From IMG/VR virus record IMGVR_UViG_3300027741_000001: a DNA stretch of 64,000 bases; one strand, given 5' to 3'. Position numbers and translations under genes: made by a program. The notes below the pieces were generated by a model. It was not told the DNA's origin and made no database searches. It saw only the letters and a program-made list of their open reading frames with translations. Source of the stretch: a virus. Below are positions 21,442 to 31,800 of this stretch, one piece after another. How positions within the stretch are numbered: position 1 is the first letter of the stretch; the number at the start of each line of letters is the position of its first letter.

Positions 21442-21454
21442 CACACCAGGATTT

Positions 21455-23503
21455 TTAGTACTCGATTGTTGCAGCAGTAACGCCACCAAGGACGTCACGT
21501 AGAGCTGCAGCAGCACCGTTGACGTTGATGGTAGAGGTGATCTTGAGAGACTCAATACCAACCTTTGCAACGTTCTCAAATGTTTCTAGGAACATGATGT
21601 AGTCGTTTGTACCGACAAGGGTGCTGTCACGAACGATACCTAGATCTAGAGTACCGCCATCAAGGAAGATAAATGTACCTTCAGCGAATAGGTACCAAAC
21701 TAGAGTGTTTGGGAATCCGGATAGAGCAGCATCCTTAGTCTGAGTTGTGATCAGAGTGGCTCCAGATGTGTCTGAATCCATGTAAGGAACGATTGTTACG
21801 TTGATGTGTGATAAGTAGCCATCAATCTCAGCTTTCGAGATGTCCAAACTGCCATCGCCTGGCATTGCTAGAGTCAAGTCAGCTGCCATTGCATCATAGA
21901 ACCAGACAGGAACAACAGCATTTAACTGAGCATCTGAAGCAATGCGGTGACGCTGACGATAAGCAACAGCTGCACGACGAACCTGAACTAGGAAGTCACG
22001 GCCAAAGCCTAGCAAGCTAGTAGTGGTTACAGAAGTAGACTCTGCTGCAATACCTGCAACAAGGTTCTGCTCAGCTTCACGAGCGTGCTGTACTAGAGCA
22101 AGTTCGTTGTGACGAGCAATCAACTCTGGGTAAGCACGAGACATCAAGTTACCGAACTTCAACTGTAGAGTTTGAGCATATGTAGCTACTGTGTTCTCAT
22201 AAGATGAAGTGATCTGCAAGCTAGTCTTTGTTGAAGTGCTAGGAGTTAGATCGGTAGCAGCAGTCCACTGTCCTACAGCATTGTCGTAGGCTAGTCTAGA
22301 TGTAGCAATTGTAGTGTTGTTGCTAAAACCTAGAGCTAGGCTCGGTGGAGTGATGAAACGGATACCACCACGGTCAGCCTGGAAACGTGGCAAAGAGTCA
22401 CGAACTGGACGCATATTGGTTGAACCGATTGAGTAGATGTCATACTTTACTTCGAATGGAGCAGCGTGACCACCAGAAGCAACAAGGGCTTGTGGGCCCG
22501 CAACAGCTGCAATTTTAAGTGAGTTTTCTTCTGCGTTCGATGTTAGAGTACGTGACTCTGGGAAAGAGGTTGAAAAAGATGCAACGATGTGCTGCTCTCC
22601 ATCTCCTCCGTTAACACGACGAAGAGAGTGTAGTCTCTTCTCCATAGCTACTGCTACCTCGTGCATATCTTTAATTTCGCTGCCGGCTGTGTAGCCAGGA
22701 ATGTCAGCACCAGCGGTAATCGCTACCGGTGCTGGCTCTGAAACCTGAACTACAGGCTGACGGTCAGCTGGGGCCTCGAAAGGCTGTTCTGCTGTGGCGG
22801 TCACTGGGGCCTGCCCTTCCTGCTCTTCTGGAGCAATAGTGTTTGTTTGTGGTTCTTCAGTAGAAAACGCTGTGTATTCTGCTGGGACTTCTGCTGGGAC
22901 GTCTTCGACGACCTCAACTGGAGCCTCTTCTGGTTCTTGTGCTGGGACGTCTTCGACGACCTCAACGGTTGGATTTTCATCGGTTGAAAGTTCAGAACCT
23001 TCTACCGCACTAGCAGACGCATCGACAGATTCGGTGGAGTAAGTAGATTCAGTTGCCTTCTTCTTCTTCTCGTCATCCTCTTCCTCAGGAGTCTCGCCCT
23101 TTTCTTCTTCAGGAGTACCTTCAACAGGTTCTCCCTCTACGGGGGCTTCTTCTGGAGCTGCTGGAACTTCCTCTGCAGGAACTTCCTCAACTGGCATATC
23201 CTCTACAGGCATATCCTCAGCTGGCATTGCACCATCCATATTCTCCTCGTCACTACCCTTAACGCGCATAGCAGCCTCGGCAGCTTGCTGTGCAAGCTCC
23301 TGGGCGGCCATCTCGCGACGCTTTGATTCGCCTCTGCAGGCATCAAGCATATCGGCAAGTGACGTCATAGCGTCAACTGATTCAGCGGTAGGCTCTTGGC
23401 CTTCGACCGTCTCAAATTCACCAATGATCTGATCCTGAAGAGCTGATAGTTGTTCATTATCTAGCTCTGACAGGCGATCTACCTGTGATTTAATGTGGTC
23501 CAC
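21455..23503 (-). CDS. Major capsid (hexamer) protein with N-terminal scaffold-like acidic/coiled-coil region
   Basis: 682 aa. Acidic N-terminal half, then ALVASGGHAAPFEVKYDI...LPRFQADRGGIRF...FGNLMSRAYPE...GTLDLGIVRDSTLVGTNDY.MFLETFE. GTG start with RBS aaggagg. Confidence 0.9.
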   Translation of the reverse strand: MDHIKSQVDRLSELDNEQLSALQDQIIGEFETVEGQEPTAESVDAMTSLADMLDACRGESKRREMAAQELAQQAAEAAMRVKGSDEENMDGAMPAEDMPVEDMPVEEVPAEEVPAAPEEAPVEGEPVEGTPEEEKGETPEEEDDEKKKKATESTYSTESVDASASAVEGSELSTDENPTVEVVEDVPAQEPEEAPVEVVEDVPAEVPAEYTAFSTEEPQTNTIAPEEQEGQAPVTATAEQPFEAPADRQPVVQVSEPAPVAITAGADIPGYTAGSEIKDMHEVAVAMEKRLHSLRRVNGGDGEQHIVASFSTSFPESRTLTSNAEENSLKIAAVAGPQALVASGGHAAPFEVKYDIYSIGSTNMRPVRDSLPRFQADRGGIRFITPPSLALGFSNNTTIATSRLAYDNAVGQWTAATDLTPSTSTKTSLQITSSYENTVATYAQTLQLKFGNLMSRAYPELIARHNELALVQHAREAEQNLVAGIAAESTSVTTTSLLGFGRDFLVQVRRAAVAYRQRHRIASDAQLNAVVPVWFYDAMAADLTLAMPGDGSLDISKAEIDGYLSHINVTIVPYMDSDTSGATLITTQTKDAALSGFPNTLVWYLFAEGTFIFLDGGTLDLGIVRDSTLVGTNDYIMFLETFENVAKVGIESLKITSTINVNGAAAALRDVLGGVTAATIEY
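22892..22966. repeat. 27-nt direct repeat in the capsid scaffold region (VEVVEDVPA x2)
   Basis: tgctgggacgtcttcgacgacctcaac at 22892-22918 and 22940-22966. Confidence 0.85.
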
Positions 23504-23646
23504 TGTTCCTCCTTAATAGGACAGTTGATGATGTCATATTTTGAGCATCATGCTAATCGGTTCAAGGTAAAGGGACTATCACGCATAGAAACGTGAAGGC
23601 ACTCCACCTAGTTATTATTTTACATTAGTTTTTACTTGTTTATTAT

Positions 23647-26600
23647 TTAAGTTAGTAGTCTGAGCATTCTAGCCATGACAGACGAGATATCTGCCTGACT
23701 AAACAAGTCTCCACCACGCATAAATTCTGCAATGTCAGAGGTAGCTTGCTTGCCATCTTTTTCACCTAATTTTTTACCTACTCTATCGACCATATTTGTC
23801 ATAAGGTTTTTTAGGGCAGGAGGTAAGTCGCTAAACCTAAGTTTGGCGTTTTCGTCTCCAAAAGGAAGAGGTAGATTTCCAATAACCTCTCCCAATTCCT
23901 TTGACGCTGCACGAACATTCTCTAAAGAAGGTCCGGTCAGAGATTTACTATCAATTCGATCAAGCAAGTCTAGAAGACCCTGACCAGCTTTAGCTGCTTC
24001 AGAGTAATCTCCAGTCTTATATACTTTTTCTACTTTGCTTACTTCGTTAACTACATTTTGAAGACCGGATGTTCCAAGATCTAGTTTTAGTCGAGCTAGA
24101 ACGTCTTGAAATCGTCCAGTGTAGTCACGCGGCTGATTGATTCCAGGTGTGAACTTAAAACCCTCTTCTTCAGGATTTCCAATAATTTCCTTGCTGCCTT
24201 CAGTTGGCACAGGTACGTTATCTTCACTTACTGGGGCTGGAGCTTCCTCCGGCACAGATCCATCAGCCGCTAATGCTTTTCCCAGGCTCTCCTTAATAGC
24301 AAGTACACGAGACTGTAGCTCGTTAGCACTGGCTAGAAGAGTCTTAGCGGCAATTCGATTACGTAGCTCATCTGCGCTAGCAGTTACTGCGTCTTCTGAT
24401 TGATGCTTCCAGTTTTCTGGAATAAGGTGACGAACGTTTAGCTTTCCAGCCATTTTGGTAATGTGCTTGCGGACATCAGACTTGTGGCTGTCTTTTGCAC
24501 GACCATAAGCGTGGATTGCAGCACGAAGATCTTCTACGTTCTGAATAGGAAACGAGCCATCTTTAAGAGCTTTACCTTCTTTAGCTAATTTTTGACGTTC
24601 ATCACGAGGAATATAAGTTAGTTCACCATCACGTACTCTTGCGGATAGCTCTGCAATTTTTGCTACAAAGTCTTCATTAGAAGTAGATGCTGGTTTATTT
24701 GATTGAATAAAGTTTAGGTTCTGTAGTCTCTCAATGCGAGCACTAAGGTCAGCGGTTGGATCTGCTTTCATTCTAGCTAAAGGCAGAGCACCTGCTGCAA
24801 CTAGAGCCATAATAGCACCTGAAGCAACACGAGCACGAGCGACTGGGAATCCAGGAACGTTTACTTGGCAAACAGCGACAAGTTCTAGAGCACCACGAAT
24901 AGGTCTCCAGTCGCCTGAAGGAGCTGAAGCACGAAGTGCACGAATCTGTTCTGGTTGTGCGCTAGGACGTAATCCACCAGCTACCCAGATGCCGTAAGCA
25001 TCTTCGCCAGCATGAACGTCTGCGATTGCAGACGCGGTATCGTCATAGTGCCTAACTGCTTCAGATGCACTAGCCTCTAAAGAAGCGTGTCCACCAGCAA
25101 GGGTAAGCTGCCCGACCGGGACATCCTTGCCTGAGTCGGTTCTAATTACTCCGGTGTGGAAGTAAGCGTAGCCACTCTTGCTACGCGGTGGTTTAGTTCC
25201 ATATGCCAAACCAATGTGGTCAACGTGCCAAGCTGCAATGTGACCAAAAACTCTACCGTTGTCGTCGACAGTGATAGGGGTGGCCTTATCTAGCTTAGGA
25301 TCGTTAAACCATTCGTTTGGCGGAACGACCGGGATCGCACCAGCAATAATACCGCAAGCAACTAGTGCTTGAGCATTAGCGGTGTCCGGGTCATCCTGAT
25401 AGATGCCATCGGCAATCATGCTGTCCTCCTGAGGGGTATTGGTGTTTTTTTCTATAATAATTTTGCATTCTTGAAATGCTGGCTTAGGTACAATTGTAAC
25501 AGCCATTACACGTGCTTTATTTATAGAAAGTTTGCTCTTTCCTAGATCTTCTTCACCTTCAGCGGCTTCAGACTTGATCTCTTTTGCTTCAAACCGATCT
25601 AGATCAGCCGATACACCTTTTATAAATCCATTTTCAATAAGCCTTTGAGCCTCTTTACCGAACTCACTAGTATCAAAAACACCATAAGCATTTCCAATAC
25701 CCTGAGAGGTACGCTCCATATGGTCAATACGTCCAACTACCACGGATCCCATGTGGCCTTCAGCAGTTTTCATTTGCCATAGTAGCGGGAGAGGCAGTTC
25801 ACGAATAGTCAAAGCACCCTTAACAAAACATCTACCATCGCCAGACTCAAGCTCTTCCGGGATAACTAGAGGAATCTTAAACTTAAGGCCTTCGGTAATA
25901 AGTCCGGAAGCGGCAACAAGTCCAACTCTAAACTTTGCATCAGCCGCTCTAGCCGCAACTTCTGATTTAACAATGATGTTATCTGTTGATTCAATTAATT
26001 CAGTGCTAAAAACACTTCTTCCGCCACGCTTGTGGCTATACATTTGACGATGCTTTTTATCGCCTGTCCACATTCCAGTAGTCTCTTTATGACGTAGAGC
26101 ACAGTAGCCTTTAGCGCGTGGACCTAGGTACTTACCTAAGTGACGTACACAGCGTGTCCAGTCTCCTGCTGTACCCCAACGAATTTTTAACCCACCTTTA
26201 CCGCGGGTCCAATAGTGACGAAGTTCTTCAGCTTTACCTTTATTACGATCCAGTCCACCTGCAGATACTAGAGGGTTAGGTCCCCAAAGAACGGTAAGTA
26301 AAAGATCAACGTCAAAAAGTATTGAAGCAGTTATCGGCTTAGATGACTCATCTACCTGAAGTAAGACGTCATTTAGAGTCGACTTATCTAAAGGAACTAC
26401 AGGAGGAGGAGTTGCTGATTTAAAATCATTTAGAACGCTAGGGTCACGAACCCACTTACCTTCTTTACGAATGTAAGTCATAGGCTTAGGTGATGTAGAG
26501 CTTTCTGGAACTATTGCAACTAAATTTAATACTGCACGTGGGTCATCTTGGGCTACAACAGCTAAGTAAATAGGCTTTACGTCAGATGTCTTTGGAGTCA

Positions 26601-28167
26601 TCTCTACGCCTTTTCCCTTAGGTGCAGCTTCAGTAGCAGCAACTACAGGTTTAGCCCAGGAATCGTCTTCGCTTTCTGATTGAGTTTTCTTAGGCTCATT
26701 TACAGACTTGATCCACTTTTGTAGGAGCGGATGGTCGTAAGACGCTACATCGCTAGTCTCTTCTTGCTCGGCAGCAGAGCTTTGAATGCCGTGAGCAGGG
26801 CCTTCTCCTGCAGCAGAACGCTGTGAGTCGACCCAACCAGTCCAGTCGTAAAGTAGGTTATGTAGATCATTAGAAGTCATTGCAGGGAGGTCACCCTTGA
26901 TGTGAGCCTGAGGCTTATCAATTGGGGAGCGTGGACGTCCAAGAATACCTGAAGTATCTAAAGGATGAGAAAAATCTCCTAAAGGTGGAGTTTTGTATTT
27001 AGTTCTCTCCGCAACGGGAATAGCTCCAGGAGCATTTCCACCCTGAGGAGCAAATTTGCCGCCTCGGTCTCTAGATTGACGTTCGGCATTAGCGGCTCGC
27101 TCGGCGTCAGTATAGCCATCGGATCCAATAGGATCTTCGCCAGCAGCCGTCAGAGATCTGTCAATTGTAACTAAATCAAGTTCTTGATAGGCTTCCGATG
27201 CAAGCATTGCTTCATCGGCATCGATATCTGATACAGATACGCATTTGTAAGGATTCTGTTGAAGTCTGGCTGATATAATAATTGCAGAATCTGGGTCAAT
27301 AGAAATGTGAGTTTTACTTGTTTCGTCATAATCAGCGTCAAGTTCTGCATCGTAATCCCAGATAAGTCCATTTACATTTCCAAGATCATCCCACTGGCCA
27401 TCATCCCAAACATAGACATCTCCGTTAGAGTCAATTTTGTATAGACGATCAATTCCCGAGCCATCCATTCGAACTCTGGCAATAAAATCTGGAGCTGTAG
27501 ATGGATCTAGATAAACTGATTTAGTAAAATCTTCTAGGTCTGCATCATAGTCACGTTCTGGTAGATATGAAGTATATTCAGACTCGGTATAACCATCAGC
27601 AGTTAAAGCTTTATTCTCACGTTCAACGATAGCTCGTGCCCAGCTCCAAGCGGTGTCTCCGCCCCACAAGGCCCACGCGATTCGTCCGTTGCTTGGGAAG
27701 TTATCTTCGCCCGGTCTCCAACCTTTGCCTTTTTTATCCACTTCGTGACGAGGAAAATATTTAGCAATGTGGCGAACTTTATGTAGACCAATTTGGCCAC
27801 CTTTAGCAAGAATACGAGCACTGTTTAGACCTACAGGAGTCCCGCCACGGTGGTGCTCTTTATGCCATTCAAGAGCTTTTTTAGCTTCAGCCTGAGCACC
27901 TTTAGGGATAGTATAAAGTCTGTTAGCGGAAGCCAAGATCTTCATATCTAGATCAGAGAAAGCTCCGCTTACTAGCTCTAAAACATTTGAAGAAAACTCT
28001 TCTGTAGATGACTGCCAGTCTTTAGAAGATGAAATGCTATCTGAGGAGCCAGTTTGGACTACGAGATTGACATCTGTATCAATTACAACACCGCGGTTCT
28101 CGTAGGTAAATAGAGCCAATGACCCGTCCCTACCAGAGAATGTGGGGGTGTTTTCCGATTCAAACAT
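23647..28167 (-). CDS. Multidomain prohead (capsid maturation) protease
   Basis: 1506 aa. Protease core ESGDGRCF...LPLPLLWQ...EGH...VVVGRID...GVSADLD...VTIVPKPAF; second head domain GRVFGHIAAW...PPRS...HYDDT...GEDAYGIWVAG...SGDWR...VNVPGFP. Also GGTPVG...FPRH...GRIAWALWGGD, LRHYWT...KIRWG...RCV...GYCA and DGSFPI...AIHAYGRA modules. Directly upstream of the capsid gene. Confidence 0.8.
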   Translation of the reverse strand: MFESENTPTFSGRDGSLALFTYENRGVVIDTDVNLVVQTGSSDSISSSKDWQSSTEEFSSNVLELVSGAFSDLDMKILASANRLYTIPKGAQAEAKKALEWHKEHHRGGTPVGLNSARILAKGGQIGLHKVRHIAKYFPRHEVDKKGKGWRPGEDNFPSNGRIAWALWGGDTAWSWARAIVERENKALTADGYTESEYTSYLPERDYDADLEDFTKSVYLDPSTAPDFIARVRMDGSGIDRLYKIDSNGDVYVWDDGQWDDLGNVNGLIWDYDAELDADYDETSKTHISIDPDSAIIISARLQQNPYKCVSVSDIDADEAMLASEAYQELDLVTIDRSLTAAGEDPIGSDGYTDAERAANAERQSRDRGGKFAPQGGNAPGAIPVAERTKYKTPPLGDFSHPLDTSGILGRPRSPIDKPQAHIKGDLPAMTSNDLHNLLYDWTGWVDSQRSAAGEGPAHGIQSSAAEQEETSDVASYDHPLLQKWIKSVNEPKKTQSESEDDSWAKPVVAATEAAPKGKGVEMTPKTSDVKPIYLAVVAQDDPRAVLNLVAIVPESSTSPKPMTYIRKEGKWVRDPSVLNDFKSATPPPVVPLDKSTLNDVLLQVDESSKPITASILFDVDLLLTVLWGPNPLVSAGGLDRNKGKAEELRHYWTRGKGGLKIRWGTAGDWTRCVRHLGKYLGPRAKGYCALRHKETTGMWTGDKKHRQMYSHKRGGRSVFSTELIESTDNIIVKSEVAARAADAKFRVGLVAASGLITEGLKFKIPLVIPEELESGDGRCFVKGALTIRELPLPLLWQMKTAEGHMGSVVVGRIDHMERTSQGIGNAYGVFDTSEFGKEAQRLIENGFIKGVSADLDRFEAKEIKSEAAEGEEDLGKSKLSINKARVMAVTIVPKPAFQECKIIIEKNTNTPQEDSMIADGIYQDDPDTANAQALVACGIIAGAIPVVPPNEWFNDPKLDKATPITVDDNGRVFGHIAAWHVDHIGLAYGTKPPRSKSGYAYFHTGVIRTDSGKDVPVGQLTLAGGHASLEASASEAVRHYDDTASAIADVHAGEDAYGIWVAGGLRPSAQPEQIRALRASAPSGDWRPIRGALELVAVCQVNVPGFPVARARVASGAIMALVAAGALPLARMKADPTADLSARIERLQNLNFIQSNKPASTSNEDFVAKIAELSARVRDGELTYIPRDERQKLAKEGKALKDGSFPIQNVEDLRAAIHAYGRAKDSHKSDVRKHITKMAGKLNVRHLIPENWKHQSEDAVTASADELRNRIAAKTLLASANELQSRVLAIKESLGKALAADGSVPEEAPAPVSEDNVPVPTEGSKEIIGNPEEEGFKFTPGINQPRDYTGRFQDVLARLKLDLGTSGLQNVVNEVSKVEKVYKTGDYSEAAKAGQGLLDLLDRIDSKSLTGPSLENVRAASKELGEVIGNLPLPFGDENAKLRFSDLPPALKNLMTNMVDRVGKKLGEKDGKQATSDIAEFMRGGDLFSQADISSVMARMLRLLT

Positions 28168-28235
28168 CTAAGTAAAATCCTCCATAATGGATGGTAACGT
28201 CAGCGTAGGCAAATATAACGCTTATACGCAGTACT

Positions 28236-28244
28236 ATTCTATCA
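28236..28244 (-). promoter_or_regulatory. Extended -10 promoter element upstream of the protease gene
   Basis: Minus strand TG-A-TAGAAT, flanked by two AGTACT copies. Confidence 0.5.
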
Positions 28245-28250
28245 GTACTA

Positions 28251-28445
28251 TTATTTAGTGTCTTTTTTTCTGTTCATTTCTTCAATGAACTTTCTGCCGT
28301 AAGCATCCCTAACTCGGTCATCTATCCCAATGTAAGGCTTAAGCTCTTCTAGGGTTGCTGTATTTAAATTAATATAGACAGTCTTAGGTTTATCTTTAGG
28401 ATCAAATGTATCCACAGATATTTGCACAATATTATCAATACTCAT
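28251..28445 (-). CDS. Small hypothetical protein (64 aa)
   Basis: RBS gaaggt and a TATAAT (28470-28475, minus strand) upstream. Confidence 0.65.
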   Translation of the reverse strand: MSIDNIVQISVDTFDPKDKPKTVYINLNTATLEELKPYIGIDDRVRDAYGRKFIEEMNRKKDTK

Positions 28446-28480
28446 TAGTTACCTTCTATTCCAAATATTATTATAATCTA

Positions 28481-28855
28481 TTAATTAACTGAAGAGTCTT
28501 TTTCATCTTCACTATCTTTTGGATCTAGATCCGACCACTTAGGGGCATTATCAGAAAAAGATACTATTTTTGGGTCTAGCCCATAGATAGAAGCTATAGC
28601 AAAAAGAACTGTATAAGCCGAACTTATACTTTTAAGTAAGGCTGGCCCGGAGGGAGGAATAAGAAAAGTTCCGTCTGGCTTAGATCTTATAGAGTCTATA
28701 AACTGCTCTATTTGAGAAATTATGTGATACCCATCATCTGACCCATCCCCTTTAAGGTAGGGAGATCTAGGAATCCAAGTAAGTTCTACTCCTTCTATAA
28801 TAAAATTCCAAATCTCAGACCAATCATCATACGGATATTCTAGTTCTTCATCCAT
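28481..28855 (-). CDS. Acidic hypothetical protein, candidate immunity/partner of the giant protein's C-terminal module
   Basis: 124 aa; starts 2 nt after the stop of the 6018-aa gene. Confidence 0.6.
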   Translation of the reverse strand: MDEELEYPYDDWSEIWNFIIEGVELTWIPRSPYLKGDGSDDGYHIISQIEQFIDSIRSKPDGTFLIPPSGPALLKSISSAYTVLFAIASIYGLDPKIVSFSDNAPKWSDLDPKDSEDEKDSSVN

Positions 28856-28857
28856 TA

Positions 28858-31800
28858 TTACTTATTCTCCCAGTTCAATAGTGACATCAGCAGACCGATT
28901 CCAAAAGCTTTTAGATCCCAGTCGGTGTCATTGGAAGGATCTAGTCCTTCAATTCCAGTGATCAGCTTAGGATCGATTTTAGTTGTCATAGTGGCATTAG
29001 TGTACCAAACGCCAGTTGCTATATCCATGTGAGCATCGCTGAATCTAGTAGTTTTTTTGCCTTTTCCAGTTTTCACGGTTACACCATTTGGAGTAGAGAA
29101 TCTACCGGGATCGGTAAATAGATCTTGCATCGTAGTAGTTATAACTTCAGCACTGTGGTTATTAGGACTAAAAGTAGCAAACTTACTGGTAGAACGAGGG
29201 TATACTTTCACAGTATAAGGATCTGCCACTTTTGCTCCAGAAAAAGATTCTTCCATCCATTTTTCATAAACTTCCATTGAAGGAATAATGTTGCTGCTAT
29301 CAGCTGTTTTTATTCTGTCATAAGAAAAAGCGTGTTCTAAAGCTGCAATGTCATGGTTGATCATCTGGAAGAAATGCCAAACTTCATGTAAGTAGTCATC
29401 AGTCGAGTCTCCACGGAAGAATCCTCCGTCACCCTGCTCTTTTTTCCATCTCAATGAATTTATTAAATTTTTATTTTTCCAGTGTTGTTTAAATTGCGCA
29501 CGTGCATCGGAAATTTGAACTCCAAGTTTTCCACCAGTATGAGCTAGATATTCCATTCCAGCTAGAATAATATCCTTAGGAACAAAACTAAGAGTTTCTT
29601 CTAGATTTTTAATAAGTTTCTTATTTCTATCTATTCTAATATCCTGGAATTTTTCATTACTATTAACATATTTGTAGTCTTTATATTGATTAAAGAACTG
29701 ATGTGCAGGCACCGAGTCAAATTCAACTCCAGCCTTTTCCATCTGAGATTTAATATTTTTACCAATTATAGAATGATATTTATTAGTAAAATCTTCTGCT
29801 TTTGGAGAAGCTCTAAGCCGATCTCTTACTTCCTTTATTTCAGTTGCTTTCTTGGCAAGGTCTGATGTGTCAATTTTACCTGTTCGAATAGCCCATTTGG
29901 TAAGCAGACTTAGGATAGTTTCTCCGCCCTCGTGTGCTCCCGTAACATCTATTAAAGCTCTTACTTCTTCTACATCTTTAGTTAATCTTAAAGTTTTTTT
30001 ATTTCTAACTCTTTGTAGCACAGTTTTACCAGTATCAAAAATAAACTCTGAATATGGGGTAGCATAATCATAAGCAAGTTTATGGGAAAGGTCATCCCCG
30101 TACTCAACTAGAAGCATATTAAAAGTTTCTTCTGCACTAAAAACATTTACATCTTTACCAGATAATTCTTTAGCAGCCTCTTGTTTTAAACTTTGGAATA
30201 TCTCTTCTTTATCTTCATAAGAAAGTCTATTGAAAGCATTTCTCATAAGATCTTGAGACATAGCTCTAAACTTACTGTCTCCCCTAAGTATTTCTCCGTT
30301 TAAGGATTTAGCATCATTCTCTAGCTTTTTTCTATATTCTTCAGCAGTAAATCCTTCAGGAATAAGACCTTCAGCTCTAGCTTGCTCATCTGAGATAGCT
30401 CTAGCATCATCTAGAATCATATGTCCTAGGCCGATTATTTCATTTTTAATAGCGGTAGCCTGATCAGATGGGGCTACTGCATCTTTTTTAGGAGATCCTT
30501 CAATCTGTACTACAGGACCATCAATCGCTATGCTTATGTCATTTTTAATTTTTCCAGGAGTAAACCCGATACCACTAGAAGCAATGTCCTTAGCCGCAGA
30601 TGCAATAATTTGTTCTCTAGAACCTTCCCTGTTTTGGCTAGGTTTATTATTATTTTGAATACCAAGTTTTTCTAGCATACCCTTTAGAAGATCAATAGCA
30701 GCTTTTTCTTTTCTTTCATCAACAGTAGCAATCTGATCATTGATCCAGTCCGCAACTTCTTTATGCCTTCCAATACCATCTTCGGATATTATCATTCCAG
30801 CATATGCTTCCGCTAGATATTCTCCTTCATCAGTAGCTGCATAGTCACTTAGAGGATATTCAGTCATAAATCTACGAAGCGTATCTTTCGTAGCCTGATC
30901 GCTAAAATTAATGATACCTTTTTGTTCAAGAACGTGTGCTATTTCGTGAGCAATTGTAGACTCTAGCTCTGTAGCATCTGCCCTAGGATTTTCAGTTAGT
31001 TTAGGGTTAGGTTTATTATCTTCTTCGTTCAAAATTTGACCATTAACAAACATGTGAGGAAAAGACAACCCAGCTAAGTTTCGGCCACGAGTACCATCAT
31101 CTCTAGTAAATGGCTTGAAAAAATCCTCTATATTAGGATGAGTAACAATAACTTGAAGCTCTTTTACAGGGAACTTAAATTTAACTCTAGATAATACATC
31201 CGAAAGTTTATTTGCAAATTTAGCCACTCCAGCAGCTGTAGCAGCTCTGTATTCGGTATTTACATTTGTTTTACCATTTTTCTTAGTTGGATTAGTTATA
31301 AATCTAACAACTTTAATAGTCACATTATTATCTTTATTTATATAGATATCGTGATGAGGAAGCAACATATGCTCCTCATCATGCCTATTAATTAAAGGAA
31401 TTATATGCTTAGTAAGATAGACCTGAGCATTAATAGATAGATTGTCACTACTAGCTCCATCTCCCTTAACAACACCCATGTACCACGTGTAAATAGCATT
31501 TTTTTCAGCCATCGTTAAGTTATCAGTTTCTACATCTGCTGCTAACCACTCTGGCTTTGCATCAGGAAGAGGTCTAGTTCTCTGATCTCCGGCACCAGAT
31601 AAAAGTGCTGTAATAAATGTTCTGTGTAGCTCGTTTAAGGAAATAGGTTCCTCGACTGGATTAGTTTGACCAGATCCTTCAGGAAGTTCATTTTCTTTAG
31701 CATCTAGTTTTTTCTTTTTTGCAAACTCGGAGATAACCCAGTCAGAGTTTTCTACACTATCATCAACGTTGATAGACGGAATCTCTCTATTTTGTGATGG

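Noticed and set aside
23504-23646. Possible structured ncRNA or riboswitch in the capsid leader
   Set aside because: It has a small hairpin (atgatgctca...tgacatcat on the minus strand) and a TAAAAT, but no family I can recognise; it needs covariance analysis.
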